DNA from: Octopus sinensis
Lineage: Eukaryota
Direction of reading: 5' to 3'
Length of the DNA stretch: 64,000 bases
NCBI RefSeq assembly: GCF_006345805.1
Contig: NC_043014.1
Coordinates: 41,168,001-41,232,000, forward strand
How positions within the stretch are numbered: position 1 is the first letter of the stretch; each line of letters opens with the position of its first letter. Shown here one piece after another: positions 37,271 to 50,863 of the stretch. The translations under genes were made by a program, and so were the position numbers. The notes under the pieces were generated by a model, which did not search any database, had not been told where the DNA came from, and was given only the letters and a program-made list of their open reading frames with translations.

Positions 37271-38303
37271 TGTTTATGCTTATATATCTTGCAATCGTTT
37301 CCATAACTTCACTTTTCTTTCACACGCTTAGTTATTGTCTTTTTCAATACTCACCTACACTCACCCCCACTCATATTTCCCCCACCTTCTCTCCCTCTCA
37401 TACTTATAAATTAATAACACAAACTCCGACACTATAACACTGCACTTTGACTTTGAAAACATGTTTACTGTAAACTTTCTTCATTAACTTCGAAATTAAG
37501 TTCGTTTCTACATCCTTTTACAACAACATTTTTTTTTCTAGAAGTTGGCTGACAATGGTAAACCAGTGTAGAAAAACAACAAAAACAACAACAACAACAT
37601 CAACAACAACAATCACAAGTACAAAATTGAATAACGTGAAAGAGAACGTGTCACTTATATGAACATTGAAAACAATAAGACCAGGTGCAATGCCAGTAGC
37701 TGAATTATTAATTGCGATGCTAACATTAGCAAGTGGAATATGAATTCTTTATTTTTTTTTAATGAATTATAACAAAGTCTTTAGAATAATGATAATAATA
37801 TTTCGCATTACAATTCCTGAAAAAACTGTAAAAATCTTTATCATTGATGGCTTGCTTAGCAATAGAACCGAGCAACTATAACTTCCACATTCATTTTATA
37901 ATCAAATATCTTTAATATTATTGTCAGAAATAATTGAGAAAATGCTTATTCCGTTAAAACTACTCTTTTGAATCTATTACTAGGGTTTCATGTGTGTGTT
38001 ACAAGGCTGTATAACTGTCTTCCTTTAATAGGTTTTGAAGCACAAGCGTACAGGGATGTCGTTAATTCAATGGTTTAAATAAAACCAATAGCAATAACGT
38101 CATGCCAATGCAATCACGTGATTAAATCTCTTAGTCATTATTTAAATATTACATTAAATGGAAACGCGTAGGTTTATCGTCGATCATGATTTTAAATTTT
38201 ACAATAAGTGCTTAACTGCTTGTTATAGAAAAATGAGTTTTGGGGGTTTTAAGGAAACAAAATTAAAGTAAGTTGTGAAGTAGGATATATGGAGACTATA
38301 ATT

Positions 38304-38535
38304 GGCGGCGAACTGGCAGAAACGTTAGCACGCCGGGCGAAGTGCGTGGCCGTATTTCGTCTGCCGTTACGTTCTGAGTTCAAATTCCGCCGAGGTCGAC
38401 TTTGCCTTTTCATCCTTTCGGGGTCGATAAATTAAGTACCAGTTACGCACTGGGGTCGATGTAATCGACTTAATCCCTTTGTCTGTCCTTGTTTGTCCTC
38501 TCTGTGTTTAGCCCCTTGTGGGTAGTAAAGAAATA
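38304..38535 (+). mobile_element. SINE family B, full length, tail 1
   Basis: Complete head, body and tail. Confidence 0.92.
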
Positions 38536-39012
38536 TATAATTGGCGTAAGCATGGCTGTGTAGTTTAGACGTTCGCTTCATAACCTTATAGTTTCCGGTT
38601 CAGTCCCACTGCACAGCAGCTTAGGTGATTCCACTTTTAACTGTGGAAATAAGTATTCCATTCAATATCGGTGAATAACTTCTTAAAACATTTATAGGTT
38701 GTATTATTTGCCTGCATTGCCACTTACCAATGCAATGTGTAGGCTTAACACACCACAGTGGCCAATTAATTGCATGTACGAATAGGATGTTTCCGTAGGC
38801 GGCTGATTTGTGTTGACCATAGTCAGCAGCGTAATTTGACCGCAGAACGCAGGGTGCCGGAACAGATCCCGTAAAATACATAGTCCAACGTTCTATTATT
38901 TTTTTACTAGCCCGCTGCCCTAGTTGGTTAGTCCACCTTACTCCAGAAGGACTATACAGTCGTTTTCCCGGTTTCTATGGCGTATATATTCTTTCGTCCG
39001 TTGTAGGATTAT

Positions 39013-39250
39013 TCTTTTCCTCTTTTACTTGTTTCAGTCATTTGACTACGGCCATGCTGGAGCACCGCCTTTAGTCGAGCAAATCGACCCCCAGGACTTA
39101 TTATTTGTAAGCTTAGTACTTATTCTATCGGTCTTTTTTGCCGAACGGCTAAGTTACGGGGACATAAACACACCAGCATCGGTTGTCAAGCGATGTCGAG
39201 TGAACAAACACAGACACACAAACATATACACACACACATACATACATATA

Positions 39251-39291
<41 letters not shown>

Positions 39292-39314
39292 TACGACGGG
39301 CTTCTTTAAGTTTC
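39013..39314 (-). mobile_element. SINE family A, 3' portion
   Basis: Homology to A consensus. Confidence 0.85.
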
Positions 39315-39723
39315 ATAACCAATAAACTATGCGCTTCCGTTAGTGGTTTTTATTTTCGACACCATTGACGGATGACGTAACTTCAGTGGGATTTTATGTT
39401 GGAGTGTAGAGAGCTGGAAAGAAAGAAACAATTCAAGCTAACCCATTAACGATTCTACAAAATTGCTGTCATCATATAAAATATATTACGACTGGTAATA
39501 AAAAAGAGCGTGATATAATAATAAGCCCTACGATAGATGTTTATACAAAGGTGTGCTATCTTTATAGATAGCTTAGAAAATCTAAAATTGAAAGATCTGG
39601 TATAAAAATGTACCCTTGAATATATAAATCCTTTATAATATGTTGTTTATAGCACGGATATTTCAAATCCAGTAATATAAGATAAAAACAAAATAGATGC
39701 TATTCGATTGGTACTCACTATTT

Positions 39724-40361
39724 CTTGTCTTGTCTTGAGACAGCATTCACCCGGGGTGGGTTGAGCTGGCTTCATTTATCCTCAGTGCTGCATCTCTCAC
39801 AAACGCCGACCAGACCTGGCGAATTGAGGCTAACGACTGCGTGATCTCCAACCATTCCTTATTCCAGCGGCGAACGCCGTAGATATGGGGGCCTGGGTTG
39901 GGCTCCAGATCAGCCTTGACTGTCATCAGCCAGGTTTTTCGTTGTCCACCACATCGCTTTCGCCAACCCTGAAGGAGAGCTGGGGCAATTGTTTCGTAGA
40001 TGACGACGGAGAACATGACCCAGCCAACACAGACGTCTCGTTAGGATGACTTGTCGGAGGGAGGTGATTTTGCACTGGTGTCGCACCGAATTTTTGGAGA
40101 CAAAGTGATGCCATCGGACACGAAGGATGCGGCGTAGACAGAGGTGATCGAAGGATTCTAGTCGCTTAACATCTTCCACCCTCATCGGCCATGACTCACT
40201 GCCATAAAGGAGAATCGTTCGCACTAGTGCTTGGTAGATCCGTACTTTGGTGGTGCGTCGGATCTCAGATCTTGAACAGTGTCGTGCATTGAGTCAATTG
40301 AAAGCTTCGCGAGCGAGGTCGATTAGTGTTTTAATGTCAGTTTTTATTTTTTATTCCTCAT
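39724..40361 (-). mobile_element. 5'-truncated RTE-clade LINE with (CAAGA)n tail and 13-bp TSD
   Basis: KVRIYQALVRTILLYGSESWPMRVEDVKRLESFDHLCLRRILRVRW...RRLCWLGHVLR is a typical RTE ORF C-terminus; TSD GTACTCACTATTT at 39711-39723 and 40362-40374. Confidence 0.92.
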
Positions 40362-40879
40362 GTACTCACTATTTATTCTTATCTCAGTACTAACATATAC
40401 TTCCGATCCCCATTATACTGGTACCTACTTCCTGATCTTATAAAATATCGTAAAGTTAAATTGTTAAGCATTATTTCATTAAATAATATGGCTGTGTCAA
40501 CGACATGCAATATCAATACAAATGGATGACAATTGGATAAATGGTCACGAAACGAATGTAAGCTTTCTAATGTAGTTTTCTCAGAAGGAACGAATGATAA
40601 GTTATCAGATATAAACTATGGGAGGCCCAAAGGGAGTTTTGAGTGCAATAGGAAGTTAACTCGCACAAACAATTCACAAACATGTAAACAGGAAATATTG
40701 CTGTGCTACAGAGAACAAGACATTTTTAGTGCGATATAAGATAAATATGCTGTAATAAGGAATATTAAAAATATTTTGGAAAAATTAGACTCTAGCGACG
40801 AAAACTGAAAATGAAGCAAAAAAAATAGTTCACTCTTTTGCAAAAATGTTATGTGAATTGCTAAATGTATGTGAATATG

Positions 40880-40893
40880 TGCGTACGGAAGAG

Positions 40894-40925
<32 letters not shown>

Positions 40926-41511
40926 AATGCGTATATACAAGTATATAATTAAGCCTGTAAAATATATATGTATTGATAGGGACATATATCTATATACATA
41001 TATATATGTGTATATATGTATATATATATATATATGTATATATGTATATATATATATACTTATACATATATGTATATATATAATATATATAAACATATTG
41101 TGTATCTATATATGTATGTATTTATCTATCTAAATGCATGTGTATAAAATATAGATGTGCGTCTGTGTATAATTCGGTACACACACAAATGCGCACAGAC
41201 ACACATACACTATATATATACATATACATATGTGTATATATGTATATATATATATATATATATATAGTATATATATATATACTTATACATATATGTATAT
41301 ATATATATATATATAAACATATGTGTGTATCTATATATGTATGTATTTATCTATCTAAATGCATGTGTATAAAATATAGATGTGCGTCTGTGTATAATTC
41401 GGTACACACACAAATGCGCACAGACACACATACACTATATATATACATATACATACATACATACATATACTACACATACACCAAATACAATACATACTAC
41501 ATATATATATG

Positions 41512-41542
<31 letters not shown>

Positions 41543-41640
41543 CTAGATATATATATAATATATATATATTATATATATATATATATACATATACATGTAC
41601 ATATATACGCATACGCATATATACAAATAATCAGGCATAC
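40880..41640. repeat. (TA)n compound tract with a ~225-bp internal duplication
   Basis: AAACATAT(T)GTGTATC...CAGACACACATACAC at about 41091 and 41316. Confidence 0.9.
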
Positions 41641-42196
41641 ACACATAATCACAGGTATATTCCTTTTTCTGTTCTTTTTTAAATTTTTGGCTGAAAGGAA
41701 TTTCACAATAACTCTTAACTGTTGTTATTGTCTGAAACGATTTTAACAAAAATACAAGCAAGAAATAATTTTCCTCATAACGCTAAATAGGCAGAATGTT
41801 GGCAATTACACAATTAAAATCAATTTAAGTGATTTTCTTTTCATACAAACCTTCCTGTAGCGCTATTTTGAATCCAATTTTCTAGGATCGGAATTGAAGT
41901 CTATGAATGTGCCAAGCTGCAAATTGAGGAATAAAAGAACGGAATTTTCTGGCGAATGCAACATGAACAGAAACAGTAAGTTTTAATTTGCCAGTAATTT
42001 CCTACTAATGATTTTAGGAGTAATTATTATCAGTTAATTATAGAGGTAAAATCGGACAAAATCATGATATTCTACATTTTTCTATTTTAGAATGTGTACG
42101 GCTCTGGTAATGCACAGTTATATATGTGTGTGCTTGAATAATACATTCATACACTTGCTTGTGCCTGTTTTTGGTGTTTATCATTGATACATAATT

Positions 42197-42234
<38 letters not shown>

Positions 42235-42393
42235 CATACATACATATATATATATATATAATAATATATATACATATATATATATTTATACATACATAAT
42301 ATATATGTATATACATACATACATATATATATATACACATATGTTATATATATATACATTATAATACCCTACATATGATATATATATATATAA

Positions 42394-42424
<31 letters not shown>

Positions 42425-42889
42425 TATACACATATATATATATACATATGTATATATATGTAATACATTTATACATGTGAGTGTATGTATGTATGTATGT
42501 ATGTATGTATATGTGTGCGTCCGTGTGTGCTTAGGTGTGTGGTTTAATTATCATTATAGACAACGTACTCAGAACAAATGTGAAATTTTGCAATTTTCAT
42601 TCAGAAAAAAAATGTCGAATGATCGAACTACTGTCAAATATATAACCACATATTTCTTCAATCTTTTCTTCATTGCACTGCAATTTTTTCTTTCAACGAA
42701 TATTTTTTTTGTTTTTATTCCGCCATATTTAAAAGTTACCTTTTCCTTTTCCCAGTCATATATTTAACTTCTCTATATTTTTCAACAGTTCTAAAATGAC
42801 CGTAAAATCAAGATTATAAACAGCTTATGTGCTGCAATTTTGATATGCTCTGCGAAGCCTGGTTTCACTATTTCCTTTTACGTTACTTT

Positions 42890-43110
42890 ATATATATATA
42901 GTCGCCATGATAGATCGTTAGCCACTACACACATTTTTTCTTTCCTTGTTTCTCTCCTTGTTTTTTCTGTGTCCCTTTCTGTAGAAGTGCGTAGGCTCGA
43001 AACGTAAAAAACTTTTTCTATTCCTGAGTGTTATACTAATACATCTGTTTGTTTTGTACACCACCTGTCTTCGTCTTTTGTTGTTTTTTTCGTAAACTCT
43101 CCATATATAT
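42890..43110 (+). mobile_element. (TA)n-flanked short element with hammerhead-like motif (42975-43010)
   Basis: CTTT-CTGTAGA-A-GTGCGTAGGCTC-GAAAC-GTA|AAAA; a related copy lies at about 49930-50125. Confidence 0.55.
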
Positions 43111-43584
43111 ATATATTGCGTAAGATATTTTAAACAAGATTCTCTGATCCCATTCCTATTTTATGTTTTAACTGTGATTACATCATGATATCCTCCCATA
43201 ACGTTTTTCTTGCTACCTTCATATTTGTGTAATTCATTTTTAGCATTAGAAATTTTACGCCAGTGAAGATATTTCGATTCGCTTCTGCGTGCTAAATTGA
43301 CTTTAGCGGCAGTTAAACCTCGAGGTTGCACTAGAACATATATAGATGAGGATTGCGGATGAGAAAAGCCTATTTCCTCAACTAATAAACGCTACAGCAA
43401 AAGGGTAGGAAATATTTATTTTGAAATCCTTTTTTGTTTACATGTCTATAGATTTTCGGTTTTAAGAATTGGTCATGTGGATAACATTGCAGGTTTCAAG
43501 GTTAGAGTACTAACGAAGCAGCTTCGAATCTTTCACAAATCACACACACACAGACGCTATCGTTAAAAAAGGAGTGAGTATTAG

Positions 43585-43648
43585 ACACACCAGCATCGGT
43601 TGTCAAGCGATGTTGGGTGGGTGTACAAACACAGACACACAAACGCAC

Positions 43649-43727
<79 letters not shown>

Positions 43728-43879
43728 TACGACGGGCTTTATTCAATTTCCGTCTACCAAATCCACTCACAAGGCTTTGGTCGGCCCGAGGCTATAGTAG
43801 AAGACACTTGCCCAAAGTGCCACGCAGAGGGACTGAACCCGGAACCATGTAATTGGTAAGCAAGCTACTTACCACACAG
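43585..43879 (-). mobile_element. SINE family A, partial
   Basis: Homology to A consensus. Confidence 0.88.
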
Positions 43880-43899
43880 TAACTAGACACTACATAGGA

Positions 43900-44760
43900 C
43901 AGTTTTGCTTCTATGTTGGAGAGAAATAGTTCAGTTATGCAGCAATATTCATGGATTTTCTCAACTACTTCGAAGATTCTTCTCCAAGCATGAAAATAAT
44001 TTTTTTTGATCATACACATAAAGTTGTATTGTGTGGCCTCCTTCGCAATATGGTTTCGATATCAAGATGGAAAGAGTTTCACTTTACTTATTTCATTCAA
44101 TCTGTGATTACTAGATTCGCTTCACAGCAACGTGTATCTACATTCGATATCACTATGTGGTATGAGTAAAATTTGTTCAACTCCACCAGAGAATTTTTTT
44201 CAAACGTTGCTCAAGGCGAAACAACTATTTTCTTGAGACTTTTAAAGAGCTTCGAAGTCCAGATATTCTTTCCAAGCAAGGCTTCTATATACATTGGTGT
44301 CCTTTTCCAAACCCTTCGTGAATGGTGTGAAGTACTTGAAATCGAAACTCTCTTAAATGGGGAATCTTTCACGCTCTTGAACCATCAGAGTCAGCTACCT
44401 TGCACACCGTTTGTACAGCTTCTTGGTATTAAGACACAGCGCGGATTTGAAACACTTCTTTTCTATTCATGACGCAATGGCCTGAGCAATTATGATTGTA
44501 TTTGATATCAAAATGATATCGTCGGAGATGCTCAGATCGATTGGTGTTACCAAGCCAATCTTCTTGGATAGCTTTAGTATAATGTTAAACTCGGCCAAAG
44601 AACAGAATCTATAACCACAAGAAATATAAAGGACACCAGCGTGCTATCTTGATGTACCCCAAACCGTAATACAAATACATTGGTTCCATCGTCCAGTGTT
44701 ATCACTTATGTATTGGGCTTTGATGTACGTGAACTTGAAACGAAATTACGAAGACCTTCA
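43900..44760 (-). mobile_element. Old, heavily decayed RTE-type reverse transcriptase remnant
   Basis: Minus-strand translation includes DLSISDDIILISNT (degenerate YADD region), ALCLNTKK and SLAWK...IWTSKLFKSLK, with many stops and frameshifts. Confidence 0.6.
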
Positions 44761-44819
44761 ACATCGATCATTCCTCACTACGGATTAAAATAAATATCAA
44801 AGCAGCGAATTGGCCTTTG

Positions 44820-44855
<36 letters not shown>

Positions 44856-44879
44856 GTTATTATTATTACTACCTAAAAT

Positions 44880-45075
44880 AAGGCGGTGAGTTGGAAGAAT
44901 CGTTAGTACACCGGGTAAAAAACGTAGCGGTATTCCGTCCGTTTCTACGTTCTGAGTTTAAATTCCACCGAGGTCGAATTTGCCTTTCATCCTTCGGGGT
45001 CGATAAAATAAGTACCAGTTCTGAACGGCTTACCCCTCCTCAAAAATTGCTGGCCTTGCTCCGGAATCTGAATCC
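44880..45075 (+). mobile_element. SINE family B, tail 2, diverged
   Basis: Homology to B consensus. Confidence 0.8.
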
Positions 45076-45239
45076 AATATTATTACCTAATACACTTAAT
45101 TCATGTAAAACTGTAGTAGTTGTACAGCTGTATTTGGAGATATTTTCATGTCATTGTTTGATGCAGAAATTTATTTCTATTCGGGGTGGTATTTGCGTGT
45201 TGTTTTTAACATTGCTCTGAATCTTAAATAGTCCGTTTA

Positions 45240-45760
45240 GCAATTTCACTTGTTTAATTAGAATCGTAGTTTTATATTTCCTCTAGGGGTATGACATTAG
45301 CAGCTTTATAATTATTTTGAGAAACTTCCAAAATTATATTGACCACTGTAAGTATTGTAGTGTCTGTTTTGTTGATTCTGGTAAGAACTGTAATTGCCTC
45401 ATCACAAAAGAAGTTTAATTAGACGTCTTTGATATCTGTAGACGTGTATTTACTTGCTTCATTGAAGGGTAAGAGTGTTCAGATGAAAATGGATAGAGAT
45501 ACTCAGATGAGAGCTTGTAAATAGATATCTGTTGGTTGTAATGATTCGGTATGTTTATTAACAAGGTTGTGTTTGATGAATGATTTTAATTAACATTTTA
45601 AAGTATGTGCGTATGGATGCGTAAATGTTGATTGTGTAGCATATAAAGGAGGTTAAGTTGTGACTCAATTGTGTCATCTCAAGTGTTATACATAATCATT
45701 CTATATCGGGATACGTTATTGAAATCTTCTTAAGATGATGTCTGGATTGTGCTGAACTAC
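45240..45760 (-). mobile_element. Decayed Penelope-like RT remnant
   Basis: Minus-strand ISIYKLSSEYLYPFSSEHSYPSMK resembles the PLE thumb motif (YRKP...YLH.SS.HP); multiple stops. Confidence 0.4.
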
Positions 45761-46032
45761 TCAAGTAGGAAATTGCTATATGTTGAGCTGCTTTGCGTTT
45801 TAGCAACGTCAAAAATAGGTAGCCTGAGGGCTGAATCGTTAGCACGCTGGACAAAATACAGAGTGATGTTTCGTCCCGCTTCACGTCCCGATTTCAAATT
45901 CCAAGATTATTTAGGGACCAATAAAATAAATACCAGTTGTGTACTGAGGTAGATGTAATCGATTAATCCTCGACACCAATACTTCTGGCTTTGTGTCTCT
46001 TGTACAAAGGAGTTTAGCTATGATTTTAGCAT

Positions 46033-46430
46033 AGGCGCAGGAGTGGCTGTGTGGTAAGTAGCTTGCATACCAACCACATGGTTCCAGGTTCAGTCCCACT
46101 GCTCGGCACATTGGGCGAGTGTCTGCTACTATAGCCTCGGGCCGACCAAAGCCTTGTGAGTGGATTTGGTAGACGGAAACTGAAGGACGCCCGTCGCATA
46201 GATGTATATGTATATATGTGTTTGTGTGTCTGTGTTTGTTCTCCCAACATCGCTTGACAACCGATGCTGGTGTGTTTACGTCCCCGTAACTTAGCGCTTC
46301 GGCAAAAGAGACCGATGGAATAAGAACCAAGCTTACAAATAATAAGTCCTGGGGTCAATTTGCTCGACTAAAGGCTGTGCTCCAGCATGGCCGCAATCAA
46401 ATGACTGAAACAAGTAAAAGAGGAAAAGAG
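46033..46430 (+). mobile_element. SINE family A, full length
   Basis: AGGCGCAGGAGTGGCTG head to CAAGTAAAAGAGGAAAAGAG tail. Confidence 0.93.
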
Positions 46431-46909
46431 AATATGAAATCGACCCACAAAGAGCTTACATTTTGCTTCGGAGCGACAAACAGTATTGCACTCACGAACA
46501 TATAAAGTAATTGTGAGATTAAAAAAAAGTGTTACTGGTTACATGTGTAGGTATTAATCAGATAAGGTTATAGTCGGGTGAACAAGCAAGAATTTTGAAC
46601 GCGGAAACTGTGTCACTGTGTGATGTTATTTCAGAATACTCTCTACACAGGTATGGCACACACATACACACACGTACACACACATATATATGTACGTGTG
46701 TGTATATATACATATACGTATGTAGGTATATATGTATGTAAGCATGTACATATGTGTATACATGCATACATATATGCCATATTTAAATTTTATTCTTATC
46801 AAAATAATATTTATCTCACGCTGGATAGAAAAACTTTTTTGCTTCTCCCACCAATAATGAACGATACGCTATATATATATATATATATATATATAGAATA
46901 TATATATAT

Positions 46910-47313
46910 AGGCGCAGGAGTGGCTGTGTGGTAAGTAGCTTGCTAACCCCCACATGGTTCCGGGTTCAGTCCCACTGCGTGGCATCTTGGGTAAGTGTCT
47001 TCTGCTATAGCCCAATGCCTTGTGAGTGGATTGGGTAGACGGAAACTGAAAGAAGCCTGTCGTATATATGTATATATATATATAAGTGTGTGTGTAATTG
47101 TTTGTGTGTCTGTCTTTGTCCCCCTAGCATTGCTTGACAACCGATGCTGGTGTGTTTACGTCCCCGTCACTTAGCGGTTCGGCAAAAGAGACCGATAGAA
47201 TAAGTACTGGGCTTACAAAGAATAAGTCCCGGGGTCGATTTGCTCGGCTAAAGGCGGTGCTCCAGCATGGCCGCAGTCAAATGACTGAAACAAGTAAAAG
47301 AAAAGAGTAAAAG
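46910..47313 (+). mobile_element. SINE family A, full length
   Basis: Complete head to tail. Confidence 0.93.
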
Positions 47314-47489
47314 ATATAATGTATATATATATATATATAATATATATATATATTATATATATATATATATATAATATAATATATATACTCAAAATAAGCA
47401 ACAAGAATGACTCACCCCAAGGATTTTGATGGATAACACCATACAAGAATTCTTGTGCATCTAAATTAAGTAGCATATTCATTTGAATC

Positions 47490-47500
47490 TAAATTTTTTG

Positions 47501-47538
<38 letters not shown>

Positions 47539-47546
47539 ATATATAT

Positions 47547-47579
<33 letters not shown>

Positions 47580-48300
47580 TACACATATATATATATACAC
47601 ATATATTATATACTATATATATACATTATATATATGTATATGTTATAATATATATATATATTTTATATTTGAAAGGATTTATTCAAATACCCATTGTATA
47701 AGTGTATGTGTGTATATATGCTTGTATGTATGTGCGTATATATATATATATATATATGTATATGTATAGGTATCATGCTTGACCTACAGGAAGTATGTTG
47801 GAACGTTTATATGACTTATATGACTAAATGAAGAAACGAAAAGAAAGCAAATCAGATAATGAAAAATAATATACTGGTAACTGATTTAGATACACACATT
47901 TTGCTGAGTGATATGGCACCAGTCTAAACATTGCAGTAATCGCGAAAAGCAATCTTCTCTTTCCTAACAACTTTAAAACGATCTTCAGTTTACTCCCACT
48001 GTTTATGCGTTTCTAGATAAAATACTTCCTATCTTGCTTCAAAAATGCTGTATACATTATTTTTATTTAGAACAATGATATAAGTGTATTTGTACAAGAT
48101 GAAGATAGACGATTGTAATTCTATCACTCAGAGGTGTGAACACTGATGTTGCAGGCATTGATAGAAACCTACTAGCGACTAATATATCTATATATATATA
48201 TATATATATATATCTATATATATATATATATCTATATATATATATCATATATATTATATATGTATTATATATATAGTATTATATATATATGATATATATG

Positions 48301-48331
<31 letters not shown>

Positions 48332-48772
48332 GTATATATATATTATATATATATGTAATATATATATATATAATAATATGTATAATATCTGTTATATATA
48401 CATATTTGTATATATATAGATATGTATATATATGTATATATTATGTATAATTATTTATATATATATATGTATATATATATATGTATATATATATATATGT
48501 ATATATATATGTATATATATACATCTTTGTATATATGTATATATATGTATGTATGTATATATGTATATATATATTAGTATATATCTATATGTATATATAT
48601 ATGTATATATATATATATGTATATATATGTATATATATATACATCTTTGTATATATTTATATTAATTATGTATATATATGTATATATATGTATATATTGT
48701 ATATATAATGTATATATATATTATATATATGTATATATATATATAATATATATATTGTATATATAATATATA

Positions 48773-48805
<33 letters not shown>

Positions 48806-48810
48806 ATATA
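47490..48810. repeat. Large (TA)n/(TATG)n low-complexity tracts
   Basis: Direct inspection. Confidence 0.9.
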
Positions 48811-49538
48811 CATCTAAAGCATTATACTGATTCTAGGAATGTTAATTCAGTGACAAACTAGATTCGTAATGAAATAATGGAAACTGTGAGTAGATTTCAT
48901 TATATTTCTCACCCTGTAGTCTCTATAAAACAGTATACTTTAATCGGTTGTATGATACGCTAGAAAAAAGAATCAAAACCTTCAGTAGACAGATACATTG
49001 GCGAAAATATATTGTGGAAGCTTTCAAGAGCCGACATTTTCATTGCTTACTCTGAAGAGGAGATACGGGTGTCGATAAAATTTGTTGTTTTAGTCTGGCC
49101 AACTGGAGAGGTTGTTTTTTTTTTTTTGATAGTTGAATAATATTCAAGGATATGTATTTGTGAAGGGAACCTACTTTTCATCGACAACTGTGATTGTCAC
49201 ACGACGATGACGTGTCAATACCCAGAAACTCGAGTCCGTGTGTATCATAAGTTGAAAACGGGAAGGATGGCTTCCCTTTGCACATACTGATAGGGCACAG
49301 AATGTGTGTCGTTAGCTAGCTGGAGGAGGAGTCCTCCTGGGGCTACAAACTACAGTAGCATCCATCCTTAGGGGTTAGCCATATTTAAATGGCAAATATA
49401 CGTCATGAATAATATTCATACGACTGAAATTCAGTATGAATGAATGGTTATACTTGAGTAATTATTTTACTACCTTCCCTTATGTTGTCATCTTATTAAT
49501 ATATACCATTCTAATTGTCCATATTTCCCCTCCTATTT

Positions 49539-49594
49539 GTCTCTGATGACGGGATATCCTATATTCGGGGATATCCCAGAAACAGCTGTACGAA
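49539..49594 (+). ncRNA. Minimal hammerhead with intact core and 9-bp helix II
   Basis: GUCU-CUGAUGA-C-GGGAUAUCC-(9 nt)-GGAUAUCCC-A-GAAAC-AGCU-GUA|CGAA; helix I is weakened. Confidence 0.7.
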
Positions 49595-49820
49595 TTTGTA
49601 TTTTTTCCTATAATAATATTGTATATCATTTGAGATGTTTGCCTTGCCTTAATGTTTGACGTCCTGTTTAGCAATTATATATCCACTGCACCGGAAATCT
49701 GCAATGGCTCCACAATTACCGACTCGGCTATAACCTTGGAGCTCCAATAATCCGTTACATCACTTACCTAGCATACCTAATCGTTTAGATCTCCTGTGAA
49801 CTAGACCTCCATACTTTGTG

Positions 49821-49893
<73 letters not shown>

Positions 49894-50008
49894 ATCTATA
49901 TCTATATATATATATACATATGTTTGTGTGTGTTTGTGTGTGTGTAACCACATGTGAATCGTCGGCGATTTTCTTCCTCCGTCCTCCCTTCTTTTGGACT
50001 TGGATCTG

Positions 50009-50043
50009 TTTCCGAAGAAGAGTGTCTGCTTGAAACCTTAAAC
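50009..50043 (+). ncRNA. Decayed hammerhead-like motif (same family as 42975)
   Basis: TTT-CCGAAGA-A-GAGTGTCTGCTT-GAAAC-CTTAAAC. Confidence 0.4.
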
Positions 50044-50127
50044 CATCTTTCTTTCCTTTCCTGAGCGTCTGCTAATACATTAGATGTACCACGTCCTCGC
50101 ATTGTTTTTTGTGTTTGTTTTATTTTT

Positions 50128-50183
<56 letters not shown>

Positions 50184-50804
50184 GCTCTAAAATCTTTCAC
50201 ACCCTTGGATTTTTATCTCACTCTGAAAATGTATATACATTCATACATATATATATATATATAATACATCTCTGAACGAGCTATAAACAGTAGCTGCACG
50301 ACAATGTGAAGTATATTTGCCACTTAAATGTGGCTAACAACTATGGGTGGATGCTACTGTAGCTTGTAGCCCCAGTAGAACATCTTCTCCAGCTGGCTAT
50401 TGACATACCTTCTGTGTCCTATCAGTATTTGCAAAGGGAAGCCATCCTTCCCATCGTCGACTTGACGTGATACGCATGGACCCAGGTTTCTGAGTATTTA
50501 CCTGTCGTCAGCGCACGACAATCACCGGTCTATATGAAGTTATTTATGTATATAAAAGAAAATATAGTAAATATTATACGTGTGTATTTCAGAGTATGTA
50601 TTTTAGTGATATATATGACATCAAAAAACAAAAAACAAAAAAAAAACATAAGAAAAACAACCCTAAGTATTGAAAATATTAGTGATACTTATTCATTCAA
50701 AGAAATACGAATATGAAACGAGGCAAGGAAATTTGGATAAGAGATGAATAATGATATAGAAATCATGATAAAAAGGAAGAAAGCAAGAGAGAGAGTGTGT
50801 GTGT

Positions 50805-50863
<59 letters not shown>

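Noticed and set aside
48143-49080. Further hammerhead-like fragments (CTGATGT..GAAACC near 48143; CTGAAGAGG..GTCGATAA near 49042; also CTGATGA on the minus strand near 26195)
   Set aside because: Missing or broken core halves and no convincing helix I or III; not distinguishable from chance.
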